NCBI GenBank assembly: GCA_947489705.1
Contig: CANLEQ010000007.1
Span: 93,937 to 157,936, forward strand
Length of the DNA: 64,000 nt
Direction: 5' to 3'
Origin: an uncultured Rhodobacteraceae bacterium
Lineage (GTDB): Bacteria; Pseudomonadota; Alphaproteobacteria; Rhodobacterales; Rhodobacteraceae
Shown here: positions 29,463 through 40,239 of the stretch, in pieces
Layout: every line of letters begins with the position of its first letter
Numbering within the stretch: position 1 is the stretch's first letter
Position numbers and translations under genes: made by a program
Notes under the pieces: generated by a model
Seen by the model: the letters and a program-made list of their open reading frames with translations, nothing else
Databases searched by the model: none
What the model was told of the DNA's origin: nothing

Positions 29463-29496
29463 CGAAGGGGGCGGCGGACGCCGCCGCCCCGCTTCG
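29463..29496 (+). terminator. GC-rich stem-loop after dctP (terminator or mRNA stabiliser)
   Basis: CGAAGGGGGCGGCGG-ACG-CCGCCGCCCCGCTTCG; no U-tract. Confidence 0.55.
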
Positions 29497-29516
29497 CGAC
29501 AGAAAGTCCAGAACCC

Positions 29517-30482
29517 ATGAACGTACTCATCATCGGCGGCGGCGGCTTCATCGGCCGCAAGGTCGCGCATCAGTTGGCCCAGCGAAAGACGCTCCGCGGC
29601 CAGGAAATCACGCGGCTCACGCTGGCCGACATCGCCACGCCCGAGCCGATCGAGGCCCCCTTCCCGGTCGAGACCGCGGCCTGCGACATCACCGATCGCG
29701 CCCAGGTCGACGGGATGATCGCGGGCGATACCGACGTGATCTTTCACTTCGCGGCCGTGGTTTCGTCCCACGCGGAGGCCGAATTCGACGATGGCATGCA
29801 GGTCAACCTCTACGGCACGCTCAACGTGCTCGAGCGGTGCCGCGCGCTCGGCACGGCGCCGGTCGTGGTCTTCACGTCGTCGCTGGCGGTCTTCGGCGGC
29901 GAGGTCCCCGACCCGATCACCGATCACACGATCCCCAATCCGCAGACCTCCTACGGCACGCAGAAGGCGATCGGCGAATTCCTCGTGAACGACTATTCGC
30001 GCAAGGGCTTCATCGACGGGCGCGGGTTCCGGCTTCCGACGATCTCGGTCCGTCCGGGCAAGCCCAACCGCGCCGCGTCGTCCTTCATGTCGTCGATCAT
30101 CCGCGAGCCGCTCAACGGCCAGGAGGCGATCTGTCCCGTCGACGAGAGCCAGGAGCATTTCTACCTGTCGCCACGGCGATGCGTCGAGAACCTGATCAAG
30201 GGCGCCGAGCTCGACGCCGCCGATCTGGGACAGCAGCGCTGCATGACGATGCCGGGCCAGCGCCTGTCGATCCGGCAGATGATCGACGCCCTGACCAATG
30301 TCGCCGGACCCGAGCCCGCGAAGCTCATCAAGTGGGAAGGCGACGAGGACATCGCCTCGATCGTGCGCGGCTGGCGCTACGATTACCGGACCGAAAAGGC
30401 CCGGGCGCTGGGTCTCGAGGCCGATGACGGCTTCGAGGAGAACGTGCGCTTCTACATCGAAGACGACCAGCCGGCCGCGTGA
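29517..30482 (+). CDS. denD: D-erythronate dehydrogenase-like extended SDR
   Basis: IIGGGGFIG, AAVVS..AE..FD.G..VN, SYGTQKAIGE.LVNDYSRKGFIDGR..RLPTISVRPGKPN.AASSF.S.IIREPL. Confidence 0.85.
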   Translation: MNVLIIGGGGFIGRKVAHQLAQRKTLRGQEITRLTLADIATPEPIEAPFPVETAACDITDRAQVDGMIAGDTDVIFHFAAVVSSHAEAEFDDGMQVNLYGTLNVLERCRALGTAPVVVFTSSLAVFGGEVPDPITDHTIPNPQTSYGTQKAIGEFLVNDYSRKGFIDGRGFRLPTISVRPGKPNRAASSFMSSIIREPLNGQEAICPVDESQEHFYLSPRRCVENLIKGAELDAADLGQQRCMTMPGQRLSIRQMIDALTNVAGPEPAKLIKWEGDEDIASIVRGWRYDYRTEKARALGLEADDGFEENVRFYIEDDQPAA

Positions 30483-30492
30483 TCCGGATGCG

Positions 30493-31257
30493 ATGCTGAG
30501 CCCCATCGTCCAGACCCCGCGCTACCGCCTGGTTGCCGACGAGATCGCCGCCCGCATCCGGGCCGGCGATTTCGCGCGCGGCACCAAGATGCCCGCCGAC
30601 AAGGATCTCGTCGCGCGCCTCGGGGTCAGCCGCACGACCGTGCGCGAGGCGATGATCGCGCTGGAGCTGATGGGCTATGTCGTGACCCGGTTCGGCGCCG
30701 GGGCCTTCGTCGCCGATCCGCTGCCCGAAGGGGCCGAGCACCGCTCCGACCTGCCGGGCTTCTTCGAGCTGGTCGAGGCGCGCGTGACGCTGGAGCCCGA
30801 GATCGCGGCGACGGCGGCCATGCTGGTCGGCGCGACCGAGATCGCGGCCCTCGAACGCTGCATCCGTGGCATGTGCGACGCGGATCTGCCGCTGCAGGCG
30901 ACCGAGGCGCATGACCGCGAATTCCACCTGATCCTCGCGCGCGCCACCGGCAATTCGATCTTCGTCTGGCTGATCGAGGAGTTCTGGCGCGTCCGCCAGC
31001 AATTTCCCGAATGGACGCGGCTCGACAACCGGCGCAGCGACGCGGACATTGCGCGCTTCTACAGCCAGGAACACGACGCGATCCTCGACGCGCTGCGCGC
31101 GGGCGATGCAGCGGCGGCGCGCGCGGCGATGCAGGTCCATTGCCGCAATTCCGGCCAGCCGCTGCTCGAACGGTGGCGGCAGGAGGATCACGAACCGGGC
31201 GATCCGATCAAGGGCGTCGTGCAGCGTATCTTCCGCCAGGCCCATCCCGCCTCCTGA
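30493..31257 (+). CDS. GntR/FadR family transcriptional regulator
   Basis: LGVSRTTVREA wHTH; FCD domain with DREFH, TGN, EH. Confidence 0.92.
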   Translation: MLSPIVQTPRYRLVADEIAARIRAGDFARGTKMPADKDLVARLGVSRTTVREAMIALELMGYVVTRFGAGAFVADPLPEGAEHRSDLPGFFELVEARVTLEPEIAATAAMLVGATEIAALERCIRGMCDADLPLQATEAHDREFHLILARATGNSIFVWLIEEFWRVRQQFPEWTRLDNRRSDADIARFYSQEHDAILDALRAGDAAAARAAMQVHCRNSGQPLLERWRQEDHEPGDPIKGVVQRIFRQAHPAS

Positions 31258-31363
31258 GGGGCGCCGAGGCGCCTTGCCAACGGCGCGTGCCCGGTCATAT
31301 TCGGGATCGGGGTCGCGGCATGCCGCCCCTCCCGAAAGGCCCGCCACAGACGGGGAACGCGTT

Positions 31364-31954
31364 TTGCCAAGATGGATTGCAGCGGCGACGGCGCTGGCGG
31401 CGCTGATCGCGATCGGCGCCGGCGTGGCGGCGATGCGCGACACGTCCGGCGCCGCGCGCCACGCCGTACCGGACCTCGGGACGATGAATGCGGACGAGCT
31501 CACGGCCGAGAGCTACCGTGTCGTCCCCGCCCTTCTGTCACGGGTCTACGACGCGTTCGCCCGGACGGACGAGGCGGCGATCTACGACCGGCTGGAAGAG
31601 GTCGCGGCCGGCGACGCGCTCGAGGCGCTCTATCTCGAACGGGTGGGCGCGATGGCGGATGGCGGGCTCGAGCCGGACCAGACGATCCACGAAATGGAGA
31701 TGCTGCGCATCGGCGGGCGCCGCGACGGCGGGACTGTCCGGCTCGATGCGCGGTGGCGCGTGCTCGGAACGGTGGGCCATGCCGAACACCTGCACGTGCG
31801 CGGCAACGTCTATGCGGCCGAACTGGTGGTCGAACCGGTGGACGGCGCCTGGCGCATGACCGGCTTTACGCTCAACGATGTCGACCGGAGTGGCGCGGGC
31901 GGCATGCAGCCCCGGCCGCAAGATCCCGGCACCGTGCTCGGACTCGGCAAGTGA
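31364..31954 (+). CDS. Hypothetical membrane-anchored protein, first gene of the ABC operon
   Basis: TTG start inferred; N-terminal TM; GTVGHAEHLH motif; stop overlaps ATPase GTG. Confidence 0.7.
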   Translation: MPRWIAAATALAALIAIGAGVAAMRDTSGAARHAVPDLGTMNADELTAESYRVVPALLSRVYDAFARTDEAAIYDRLEEVAAGDALEALYLERVGAMADGGLEPDQTIHEMEMLRIGGRRDGGTVRLDARWRVLGTVGHAEHLHVRGNVYAAELVVEPVDGAWRMTGFTLNDVDRSGAGGMQPRPQDPGTVLGLGK

Positions 31955-32613
31955 TCGAGATCGCCGATCTTTCCTTCGCCTATCCCGTAGGTCGCTTCCG
32001 ACTGGCCATACCGCATCTCGCCGTCGCCGAAGGGGCCCGCGTCGCCGTGGTGGGCCCCAGCGGGACGGGCAAGACCACGCTGCTCAATCTCGTCTCGGGG
32101 ATCAGTCGCCCCGAGCGCGGTGACGTCACCGTCGCGGGTCAGGACCTTGCGTCCCTGTCGGAGCGGCAGCGGCGAATGTTTCGCGCGCGAAACATCGGCT
32201 TCGTGTTCCAGAACTTCGCGTTGCTGGACTATCTCACCGCGCGCGAGAACATTCTCTATCCCTGCCGCGTGGGGCCGGGCCTGCGGCTCGACCGGGACGT
32301 GCGCGACCGCGCCGAGGATCTCGCCCGCGCCTGCGGGATCGCCGAGCGGCTCGGCACGCGGCCCGGCGCGCTCAGCCAGGGCGAACAGCAGCGCGTCGCG
32401 ATCTGCCGCGCGCTGGTCACGCAGCCGCGCCTGATCCTCGCCGACGAGGCCACAGGCAACCTCGATCCGGCGACCAAGACCCAGATCCTCGACCTGCTCT
32501 TCGCGCGCGCGCAGGATTGCGGCGCCACGATCCTTGCCGTGACGCATGATCACGCGCTGCTGCCGCGCTTCGACCGCGTGATCGACTTTGCCGATCTCGG
32601 GGCCCGGCCGTGA
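31951..32613 (+). CDS. ABC transporter ATP-binding protein (LolD/MacB-type)
   Basis: GPSGTGKT, GFVFQNF, LSQGEQQRVAI, ADEATGNLD, VTHD. Confidence 0.94.
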   Translation: MIEIADLSFAYPVGRFRLAIPHLAVAEGARVAVVGPSGTGKTTLLNLVSGISRPERGDVTVAGQDLASLSERQRRMFRARNIGFVFQNFALLDYLTARENILYPCRVGPGLRLDRDVRDRAEDLARACGIAERLGTRPGALSQGEQQRVAICRALVTQPRLILADEATGNLDPATKTQILDLLFARAQDCGATILAVTHDHALLPRFDRVIDFADLGARP

Positions 32614-33770
32614 ACGCGCTCTACCTTGCCTTCGCGCATCTGCGCTGGAGCTGGGCCCGGAGCCTTCTGCTGGTTGCCGTGGGTGCGGTGATCCTTGCCG
32701 TGCCGCTCATCAGTCAGACGCTGCTGCGCGGATCGGAGGCGGCGCTGACCGCGCGCGCCGAGGCCACGCCGCTGGTCCTGGGATCGCGGGGCTCGCGGCT
32801 CGATCTGGCGATGAGCGCGGTCTATTTCTCGCCCGACCGGCCCGATCCCGTGACCATGGCCGCGCTGGAGGCGGTGTGGGACACGCGGCTCGGCCTGCCG
32901 ATCCCGCTTCATACCGCGTTCGAGACGGGCGGCGCGCGCATCGTCGGGACCAGCATCGACTATTTCGAGTTCCGCGGCGTCGCGCCCGCCCGGGGGCGCA
33001 TCTTCGGCGTTCTGGGCGAGGCGGTGCTAGGCGCGCGGGTGGCCGAACGGCAGGGGCTCGGGCCGGGCGATACCGTGATCTCGTCGCCCGAGAACCTCTT
33101 CGATCTCGACGGGGTCTATCCGCTCGAATTGCGGGTCACCGGAGTGCTGCCCCCCACGGGCACGCCCGACGACGACGTGGTCTTCACCGACGTCAAGACG
33201 GCGTGGGTCATTGCCGGAATCGGCCACGGGCACGAGGATGCGATCCCCGCGGCCGAGGCGGAGGACGGCAACGTCACCGCAGACGCGGCGCTGGTGGAAT
33301 ATACCACGATCACCGAGGCCAATATCGACAGCTTCCATTTCCACGGCGCGCCGGAGAGCTATCCGCTCACGGCCGTGATCGTCGTGCCCGACGACGCCCG
33401 CGCGGGCACGATCCTGCGCGGGCGGTATCTCGACCCCGGCAACCCCGTCCAGATCGTCGTGCCGGCCGAGATCGTGGCGGGACTCGTGGAGCGGATCTTC
33501 CGGATCGCCACCCTGCTCGATGCGGTGACGCTGGTCATCGGGATCGCGGCGCTGGCCGCCATGGGGCTGGCGCTGTTCCTGTCGTGGCGGATGCGCGCGC
33601 CCGAGATGGCGACGGCATGGCGGCTCGGGGCGGGGCGTGGCATGATCGCGGCATTGGCGCTGGCCGAGATCGCGATCCTGCTGGGCGCGGCGATCTGTCT
33701 TGCGGCGATCCTCGTCATCGCCGTGCAATCTCACGGTGACGCGCTGGTGGCATGGCTGCTGGCCCTCTGA
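32610..33770 (+). CDS. ABC transporter permease, FtsX/MacB family, His-containing periplasmic domain
   Basis: One N-terminal TM, large periplasmic domain (GHGHED, FHFHG), three C-terminal TMs with R..E....RLGA. Confidence 0.88.
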   Translation: MNALYLAFAHLRWSWARSLLLVAVGAVILAVPLISQTLLRGSEAALTARAEATPLVLGSRGSRLDLAMSAVYFSPDRPDPVTMAALEAVWDTRLGLPIPLHTAFETGGARIVGTSIDYFEFRGVAPARGRIFGVLGEAVLGARVAERQGLGPGDTVISSPENLFDLDGVYPLELRVTGVLPPTGTPDDDVVFTDVKTAWVIAGIGHGHEDAIPAAEAEDGNVTADAALVEYTTITEANIDSFHFHGAPESYPLTAVIVVPDDARAGTILRGRYLDPGNPVQIVVPAEIVAGLVERIFRIATLLDAVTLVIGIAALAAMGLALFLSWRMRAPEMATAWRLGAGRGMIAALALAEIAILLGAAICLAAILVIAVQSHGDALVAWLLAL

Positions 33771-33785
33771 ACGGAAAGGCACGTT

Positions 33786-34550
33786 ATGAAACATCTCCCC
33801 CTGGCCGCGGCCCTTCTTGCCCTCGGGGCGGGCGGCGCCGGCGCGCATTACGGCATGATCGTCCCGTCGGACAACATGGTGAGCCAGGAGGATGGCCGGT
33901 CGGTGGCGCTCGCGCTGTCGTTCTCGCACCCGTTCGAAGGGCGCGGCATGGTGCTCGACAGGCCGGAAGCCTTTACCGTGACGCATGAGGGCGAGACGGT
34001 CTCGCTTCTCGAGCAATTGTCGCAGACCACGATCATGGGCGCGCCGGGCTACGAGATGTCCTACCCGCTCGACCGGCCCGGAACCCATGTCTTCGCCATG
34101 ACGCCCGCGCCCTATTGGGAGCCCGAGGAAGACGTCTTCATCACGCATTACACCAAGACCTATGTCGCGGCCTATGGCGACGATGCGGGCTGGGACGCCG
34201 AGCTGGGCCTCAGGACCGAGATCGTGCCGCTCAGCAAGCCCTTCGCGCTCTGGGCGGGCAACGTGTTCCAGGGCGTGGTGAAGCTCGACGGCGAACCGGT
34301 GCCCCATGCCGAGGTCGAGGTCGAGTATTACGACCAGCAGGGCGACGCGCAGGTGCCCTCGGACCTGATGATCACCCAGACGATCAAGGCCGATGCGAAC
34401 GGCGTCTTCACCTATGCCGCGCCGCGCCAGGGCTGGTGGGGCTTCGCGGCCCTCAGCACCGCGCCCGAGCCGATGCAGCGCGAGGGCGTGGACAAGGATC
34501 ACGAGCTCGGCGCCGTGATCTGGGTGCGTTTCGAGGCATGGGGCCGATGA
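33786..34550 (+). CDS. DUF4198-family periplasmic protein (associated with Ni/Co transport)
   Basis: Signal peptide AGA|HYG; FSHPFE, PYWEPEED.FI.HYTK, EIVPL, NVFQG, GWWGFAAL, ELGAV. Confidence 0.82.
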   Translation: MKHLPLAAALLALGAGGAGAHYGMIVPSDNMVSQEDGRSVALALSFSHPFEGRGMVLDRPEAFTVTHEGETVSLLEQLSQTTIMGAPGYEMSYPLDRPGTHVFAMTPAPYWEPEEDVFITHYTKTYVAAYGDDAGWDAELGLRTEIVPLSKPFALWAGNVFQGVVKLDGEPVPHAEVEVEYYDQQGDAQVPSDLMITQTIKADANGVFTYAAPRQGWWGFAALSTAPEPMQREGVDKDHELGAVIWVRFEAWGR

Positions 34551-34885
34551 TGCGCGCGGCGATCGCGATCCTTGCCGTTCTGATCGCCGCGCCGGCGACG
34601 GCGCACGACCTGCGCGTCTTCGCCTTCGTCGAGGACGACATGGTCAATGTCGAGGCGGCGTTCTCGTCGGGCAGGCTTCCGCAAACGGGCGAGATCCGCG
34701 TGGTCGACGACCAGGGCGCCGAGATCGAACGCCACGCGATCGACCCCGAAGGCGTCACGCGCTTCGCCCTGCCCGAGGGCCATGCGGCACGCGGCGTCGT
34801 GATCGAGGTCGATGCAGGCAACGGCCATTCCGATTACTGGGTCCTGACGCCCGAGGACATCGCCCGCGGCGAGGGGGGAAGCTGA
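34547..34885 (+). CDS. Small periplasmic protein (NikK-like accessory component)
   Basis: Signal peptide ATA|HDLRVFA; FSSG, DAGNGH; coupled to both neighbours. Confidence 0.7.
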   Translation: MMRAAIAILAVLIAAPATAHDLRVFAFVEDDMVNVEAAFSSGRLPQTGEIRVVDDQGAEIERHAIDPEGVTRFALPEGHAARGVVIEVDAGNGHSDYWVLTPEDIARGEGGS

Positions 34886-35763
34886 TGCGTCTGGATCTGA
34901 TCCTCGCGACGTTCCTCGCCGCCGGGGCCGCCGCCGCGCAGGAGCGGCCGGTGGTGGCGGTAGTGAACTATCCGCTCGCCTATTTCGCGGAACGTCTGGC
35001 GGGCGACGGGGTGCAGGTGCTCTTCGACGTGCCGGAGGATCGCGACCCGGCCCTGTGGCGGCCCATGCCGAACCAGATCGCGGCGATCCAGCAGGCCGAC
35101 CTCGTGGCGCTCAACGGGGCGGGATATGCCGGTTGGACGACACGCGTGTCGCTGCCGCGCGCGCGGCTCGTCGACACGTCGGCGCCCTTCGCCGGCGGGT
35201 ATATCCCGACCGAGACGATCACCCACAGCCACGGCGCGGACGGAGCCCATTCGCATACCGGCATGGCGAGCCATACCTGGCTCGACTTCGAACAGGCCGC
35301 CACGCAGGCGGTGACGCTCGGGGGCGCGATGACGCGGGCCATGCCGGACCTGGCCGAGACGGTCGAGGCAAATGCCGGTGCGCTCGCCGCCGATCTCGCG
35401 GCGCTCGACGCCCGCGCCGCGGAGGTGGGACGCGCGCTCGACGGGCGCGTGATCGCGGCGACGCATCCGCGCTATCAGTATTTCGCGCGGGCCTACAAGC
35501 TCGAGATCCACGCGCTCGACTGGGCGGCGGGCGAGATGCCGGATGCCGGCCAATGGGCCGCGCTCGAGGCGCTGGTGGACGAGACGGGCGCGGATCTTCT
35601 GATCTGGGAGGCCGCGCCGCCCGATGCAGCCCGGGCCCGCGTGGCGTCGATGGGGCTCGACGATGCGGTCCTGCCGCCGCTGGCCCACCGGCCCGCGGAG
35701 GGGGATTTCCTCTCGGCGATGCAGGCGGGGCTCGACGATCTCGCCCGCGCCGCCGCGCCGTAG
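34885..35763 (+). CDS. Metal ABC transporter substrate-binding protein (ZnuA/cluster A-I fold)
   Basis: VNYPL..FAERLAGD, DPALWRP, LNGAG, THSHGADGAHSHTG..HTWLD, ATHP.YQYF. Confidence 0.88.
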   Translation: MRLDLILATFLAAGAAAAQERPVVAVVNYPLAYFAERLAGDGVQVLFDVPEDRDPALWRPMPNQIAAIQQADLVALNGAGYAGWTTRVSLPRARLVDTSAPFAGGYIPTETITHSHGADGAHSHTGMASHTWLDFEQAATQAVTLGGAMTRAMPDLAETVEANAGALAADLAALDARAAEVGRALDGRVIAATHPRYQYFARAYKLEIHALDWAAGEMPDAGQWAALEALVDETGADLLIWEAAPPDAARARVASMGLDDAVLPPLAHRPAEGDFLSAMQAGLDDLARAAAP

Positions 35764-35768
35764 ATTTG

Positions 35769-35796
35769 CCGGGGCCGGCGTCGCGGCCGGCCCCGG
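35769..35796. terminator. Stem-loop between convergent genes
   Basis: Perfect 11-bp stem CCGGGGCCGGC / GCCGGCCCCGG. Confidence 0.6.
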
Positions 35797-35805
35797 TCGC
35801 AGGGG

Positions 35806-37362
35806 TCAGCGCACCGTGATGCGACCGTCGGTTTGGGGCGTGTAGGGGGTGTTTTCGGCGAGATACTCTGCCGTGACATCCGCCAGATCGGGACCGAAAT
35901 CGTAGGCATTATCGGCATCCACGAACATCGAATACCCGTCGCCTCCGTTGCGGACGTAGTTGTTCGACACGACGCCGTAGGTTGCCGCCTCGTCGAGCGG
36001 CTCGCCGCCCACCATCACGTCGCTGATCCGGCTGCCGGGCTCGGCCGAGGGATCGACGGTATAGCTCATCCCCGCGACCTGCGCGAAGCGTCCGGCGCCT
36101 TCCTCCATCCCGCTCGCCCCGTTCTCGAGGGCTTCGAGAAGCGTGGCGCCGTCGACCTCGAAGGTCGAGAGCGTGTTCTGGAACGGCAGCACCGTCAGCA
36201 CCTCGCCCATCGTGACCTCGCCTTCGTCGATCGAGGCGCGCAGACCGCCGCCATTGGCGATCGCGACCTCGATGCCCTGGTCGGCCACGCGGTCGAGCAT
36301 CGCCTCGGCCACGAGGTTGCCCATCGCGCATTCCTGCACGCGGCATACCTCGCGCGATCCCTCGACGGGCGCCGTGGTCTCGGACACCACCCGCTGGCGC
36401 AGCTCCTCGAGCGGCTCGGCGCGCTCGGCCACAAGCTCCAGCGTCTCGGGATCCTCCGCGACCGAGGCGTCGAGCAGCAGGGGCGCGCCGTCGATCCCGG
36501 TGATCTCGCCCGCATCGTCAAAGGTGATGGTCAGCTCGCCCAGATACTTGCCGTAGGCATAGGCCTGTACGATCGGCACGTCGTTGACCATCGTGGGATA
36601 GGTGTCGGCCGCCCCCTCCATGTCGCCCAGAAGCGTGTGCGAATGGCCGCCCACGATCAGGTCGACATCCGTGAGCTGCTCGGCCAATTCGCGGTCGGCG
36701 GGCAGGCCCACATGGGTGAGCAAGATGATCTTGTCGACCCCGTCCCCGGTCAGCGCGTCGATCTCGGCCTGCGCCGCGTCGGCGGCGGGCGAGAAGATCA
36801 CCGTGTCGCCGGGCGACGATGTCTCGGGCGTGTCCTCCGCCAGGACCGAGACGATCCCGATCCGCTCGCCGCCGAGCTCGATCACGGTAGACTTGTCGAT
36901 CTTGCCGGCCAGCGCGTCGTTCTGGCTCACGTCGATATTGGCCGACAGGACCGGGAACTCGACCTGATCCACGAAGTCGGCAAGGCCCTGGGGGCCGTCG
37001 TCGAATTCGTGGTTGCCGACCGCCATGACGTCGTAGTCGAGCTTCGTCATGAACTCGGCCGCCATGTCGCCCTTGTACTGCGTGTAGAAGAGCGAGCCCT
37101 GGAACCAGTCGCCCGCATCAAGCAGCAGCACGTTGTCGCCTGCCCGCTCGCGCGCGTCGGCGACGGCCGTGACCATGCGGGCGACGCCGCCGAAGCACTC
37201 GCCCGCGGCGTTGTCCTCCGCGGCGCAGGGGCCGTCATAGGCGCTGATCGGCTCGAAGCGGTCGTGGAAATCGTTGGTATGCAGGATGGTGAGGTCATAG
37301 GCCCCGGCCGTGCCCGTCAAAAGCCCGAGTGCGGCGGCGGAACTGGAAAGACGTCGGATCAT
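35806..37362 (-). CDS. ushA: Periplasmic 5'-nucleotidase/UDP-sugar hydrolase
   Basis: Signal peptide; HTNDFH, DAGD, GNHEFD, GGHSH, NGGGLR, LPFQN. Confidence 0.93.
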   Translation of the reverse strand: MIRRLSSSAAALGLLTGTAGAYDLTILHTNDFHDRFEPISAYDGPCAAEDNAAGECFGGVARMVTAVADARERAGDNVLLLDAGDWFQGSLFYTQYKGDMAAEFMTKLDYDVMAVGNHEFDDGPQGLADFVDQVEFPVLSANIDVSQNDALAGKIDKSTVIELGGERIGIVSVLAEDTPETSSPGDTVIFSPAADAAQAEIDALTGDGVDKIILLTHVGLPADRELAEQLTDVDLIVGGHSHTLLGDMEGAADTYPTMVNDVPIVQAYAYGKYLGELTITFDDAGEITGIDGAPLLLDASVAEDPETLELVAERAEPLEELRQRVVSETTAPVEGSREVCRVQECAMGNLVAEAMLDRVADQGIEVAIANGGGLRASIDEGEVTMGEVLTVLPFQNTLSTFEVDGATLLEALENGASGMEEGAGRFAQVAGMSYTVDPSAEPGSRISDVMVGGEPLDEAATYGVVSNNYVRNGGDGYSMFVDADNAYDFGPDLADVTAEYLAENTPYTPQTDGRITVR

Positions 37363-37475
37363 GCGCGGAATCCCCAAAGGTGTGATCATCGCGCAAACCT
37401 TGCGCAGGCAAGGCGCGCTTGTCAAAGCCCGACCGGGGCTGGCCTCGCCCTCGGGGCCGTGGCAGAAGGCGCATC

Positions 37476-37814
37476 ATGGACATCTACAAGATCTTCAGAC
37501 CCGCGGAATTCGAGGCGTTGCGACAGAGCGGCGAGAGCACGGGCGCGCCGATCGATCGCGACGACGGCTATATCCACTTCTCGACCGCCGATCAGGTCGC
37601 CGAGACGCTGTCGAAGCATTTCGCCGGGGCCGGCGATCTGGTGCTGTGCGTCTGCGACGCCGACGCGCTCGGGAAAGCCCTGAAATGGGAGCCGTCGCGC
37701 GGCGGCGCGCTGTTCCCGCATCTCTATCGCCCGCTGGCCTGGGGCGACATCGCCTGGCACGCGCCGCTCTTCGAGGAGAACGGAGCGCATCCCCTGCCCG
37801 GGCGGGTGGGATGA
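37476..37814 (+). CDS. DUF952 family protein
   Basis: [31 protein letters not shown]; usual position before pyrD. Confidence 0.9.
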   Translation: MDIYKIFRPAEFEALRQSGESTGAPIDRDDGYIHFSTADQVAETLSKHFAGAGDLVLCVCDADALGKALKWEPSRGGALFPHLYRPLAWGDIAWHAPLFEENGAHPLPGRVG

Positions 37815-38866
37815 ACGGGGTCGAACGGCTCGGCCTCGCGGCCCTTCAGCGGATCGACCCGGAGCGGGCGCATGGGCTGGCGCTGCGCGCGCTGAAGGCG
37901 GGAATCGTACCGCTGCCCGGCGGGCCGGTCACCTCCACGCGGCTGCGCACGCGGATCGGGCCGCTCGATCTCGACAATCCCGTGGGGCTCGCCGCCGGGT
38001 TCGACAAGAATGCGGAAGCGCTGGCACCGCTGGCGCGGGCCGGGTTCGGCTTCGTCGAGGTCGGGGCCGCGACGCCGCGGCCGCAGGAGGGCAATGCGCA
38101 GCCGCGCCTCTTTCGGCTGCGCTCGGACCGCGCGGTCATCAACCGGTTCGGCTTCAACAATGTCGGCGTGGAGGCGATCGCCGGGCGACTTTCAAAGATG
38201 CAAACGGGCGTGCCGCGCGGCCTGAACCTCGGGACCAACAAGGACAGCGCCGATCGCGCCGCCGATTTCGCCGAGGTGCTGCGCCGCGCGGGGCCCCATA
38301 TCGACTTCGCGACCGTCAACGTCTCGTCGCCCAATACCGAAAGGCTGCGCGATCTGCAGGGGGCAGAGGCGCTGGCGGCGCTTCTGGAGACGGTGATGCA
38401 GGCGAACGGGGCGCTTGCGCGGCCGGTGCCGATCCTGGTCAAGATCTCGCCCGATCTCGACGAGGCGGGCCTTCGCGACATCGCCCGCGTGGCGGAGGCG
38501 GCCGGCGTCGCGGGACTCGTCGCGACCAACACCACGCTCTCGCGGGAGGGGCTGGACGCCGCGGCGCAAAGCGAGGCGGGCGGGCTGTCGGGCGCGCCGC
38601 TCTTCGTGCGGTCGACCCGGGTGCTGGCGCAGCTCTCGAGCGTGACGGACCTGCCGCTGGTCGGCGTGGGCGGCGTGGCATCGGGGCAGGACGCCTATGC
38701 CAAGATCCGCGCCGGGGCGTGTGCGGTGCAGCTCTATACGGCGATGGTCTTCGAGGGCATGTCCGTCGTGGCGCGCATCGCCCGGGAGCTCGACGCGCTG
38801 CTCGCGCGGGACGGGTTCGCGACCGTGGCCGAGGCCGTCGGGACGGATCGCGAAAGCTGGCTCTAG
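37811..38866 (+). CDS. pyrD: Quinone-dependent dihydroorotate dehydrogenase
   Basis: [42 protein letters not shown]. Confidence 0.96.
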   Translation: MNGVERLGLAALQRIDPERAHGLALRALKAGIVPLPGGPVTSTRLRTRIGPLDLDNPVGLAAGFDKNAEALAPLARAGFGFVEVGAATPRPQEGNAQPRLFRLRSDRAVINRFGFNNVGVEAIAGRLSKMQTGVPRGLNLGTNKDSADRAADFAEVLRRAGPHIDFATVNVSSPNTERLRDLQGAEALAALLETVMQANGALARPVPILVKISPDLDEAGLRDIARVAEAAGVAGLVATNTTLSREGLDAAAQSEAGGLSGAPLFVRSTRVLAQLSSVTDLPLVGVGGVASGQDAYAKIRAGACAVQLYTAMVFEGMSVVARIARELDALLARDGFATVAEAVGTDRESWL

Positions 38867-40239
38867 GTGCCGGGCCCGGGCGCGCGCGGGTCCGCCATTG
38901 TCCCGACCGATCGTTCCAGGGCGGGATATTTCCAGCCCAGTGTCGCGCCGCGGGCGACGAAGCTCGTCAGAAGCGCCATCCACAGGCCGTGATTGCCGAA
39001 GGCCGGCACCAGCACCGCAACGCAAGCCGCGTAGATCGCGACCGAGACCCCCATCATGTTGCGCATGTCGGCGGTGCGCGTCGCCCCGATGAAGATGCCG
39101 TCGAGCATCCAGGCCGCGCAGCCGAGGAGCGGCACCGCCACCATGAAGCCCAGATAGCGCCGCGCCTCGTCGCGCACCTGCGGCGCGGTGGTCATGATCT
39201 CGACGATCGCGTTGCCGAAGATCGCGAAGCCCAGCGCCAGAAGCACGACCGTCACGGCCCCCCACCCGCTCGTGAGCAGCGCGCCGCGGCGGAACAGATC
39301 GCGCCGACCCGCGCCCAGGGCGCCGCCGACGATGGCCTCGGCCGCGAAGGCGAACCCGTCGAGCGCATAGGCCGTTATGTTCACGAATTGCAGCAGGATC
39401 TGATTGGCGGCGAGCGGCACGTCGCCGAAATCCGCGCCGAGGAACAGGAAGCTGACGAACACCGCCTGAAGCAGGAACGACCGGATCAGGATGTCGCCGT
39501 TGACCTGCGCGAAGCGCCGCAGCCGCGCGGGATCGGCGACACGGGCCCAGTCGCGCCAGGCCGGCGTCGCGAAGGCCGACCGGCAGAGCCAGAGGCCCAA
39601 GAGAAGCCCCGACCATTCCGCGATGAAGGTGGCGATCGCCACCCCCTCCACCCCCCAGCCGAGGCCCAGCACGAACCACAGGTCGAGCCCGATATTGAGC
39701 CCGTTCATCAAAAGCTGGATGACGAGGACGCCGCGGGTCCGCTCGGCCGCGATGAGCCAGCCCGTCACGGCATAGAGGCAGATGAGCGCGGGCGCCGAAA
39801 AGACGCGGATTCGCATGTAGGCGCGCGCCATTTCCTCCACGGCGTCGCTGGCCGGAGAGATCTGGAAGGCGAGCCAGAAGAGCGGCACCTGCGCCACGAT
39901 CATCGCGAGGCCCGCGAAGGCCCCGATCCCGAGGGCGCGGCTCAGGATCGCGGCGGCTTCGTCGTCGTCGCCGCGCCCCAGCGCCTGCGCCGCGAAGCCG
40001 GTCGTGCCCATCCGCAGGAAGCCGAAGATCCAGTAGATCGCGGTGAGAATGACGGCGCCGATCCCCACCGCCCCGATCGGCGCGGCTTCGCCCAACTGTC
40101 CGACGACGCCGGTATCGACCACGCCGAGGATCGGCACCGTCGCGTTCGAGAGCACGATCGGCAGCGCGATCGCCAGCACCCGGCGATGCGTGACGTCGCG
40201 AGGCCCGCGCGGCGCGGGGTCAGCCGTCGCCGCGGGCAT
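38863..40239 (-). CDS. dinF: MATE family efflux protein (DinF-like)
   Basis: [41 protein letters not shown]. Confidence 0.92.
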   Translation of the reverse strand: MPAATADPAPRGPRDVTHRRVLAIALPIVLSNATVPILGVVDTGVVGQLGEAAPIGAVGIGAVILTAIYWIFGFLRMGTTGFAAQALGRGDDDEAAAILSRALGIGAFAGLAMIVAQVPLFWLAFQISPASDAVEEMARAYMRIRVFSAPALICLYAVTGWLIAAERTRGVLVIQLLMNGLNIGLDLWFVLGLGWGVEGVAIATFIAEWSGLLLGLWLCRSAFATPAWRDWARVADPARLRRFAQVNGDILIRSFLLQAVFVSFLFLGADFGDVPLAANQILLQFVNITAYALDGFAFAAEAIVGGALGAGRRDLFRRGALLTSGWGAVTVVLLALGFAIFGNAIVEIMTTAPQVRDEARRYLGFMVAVPLLGCAAWMLDGIFIGATRTADMRNMMGVSVAIYAACVAVLVPAFGNHGLWMALLTSFVARGATLGWKYPALERSVGTMADPRAPGPGT

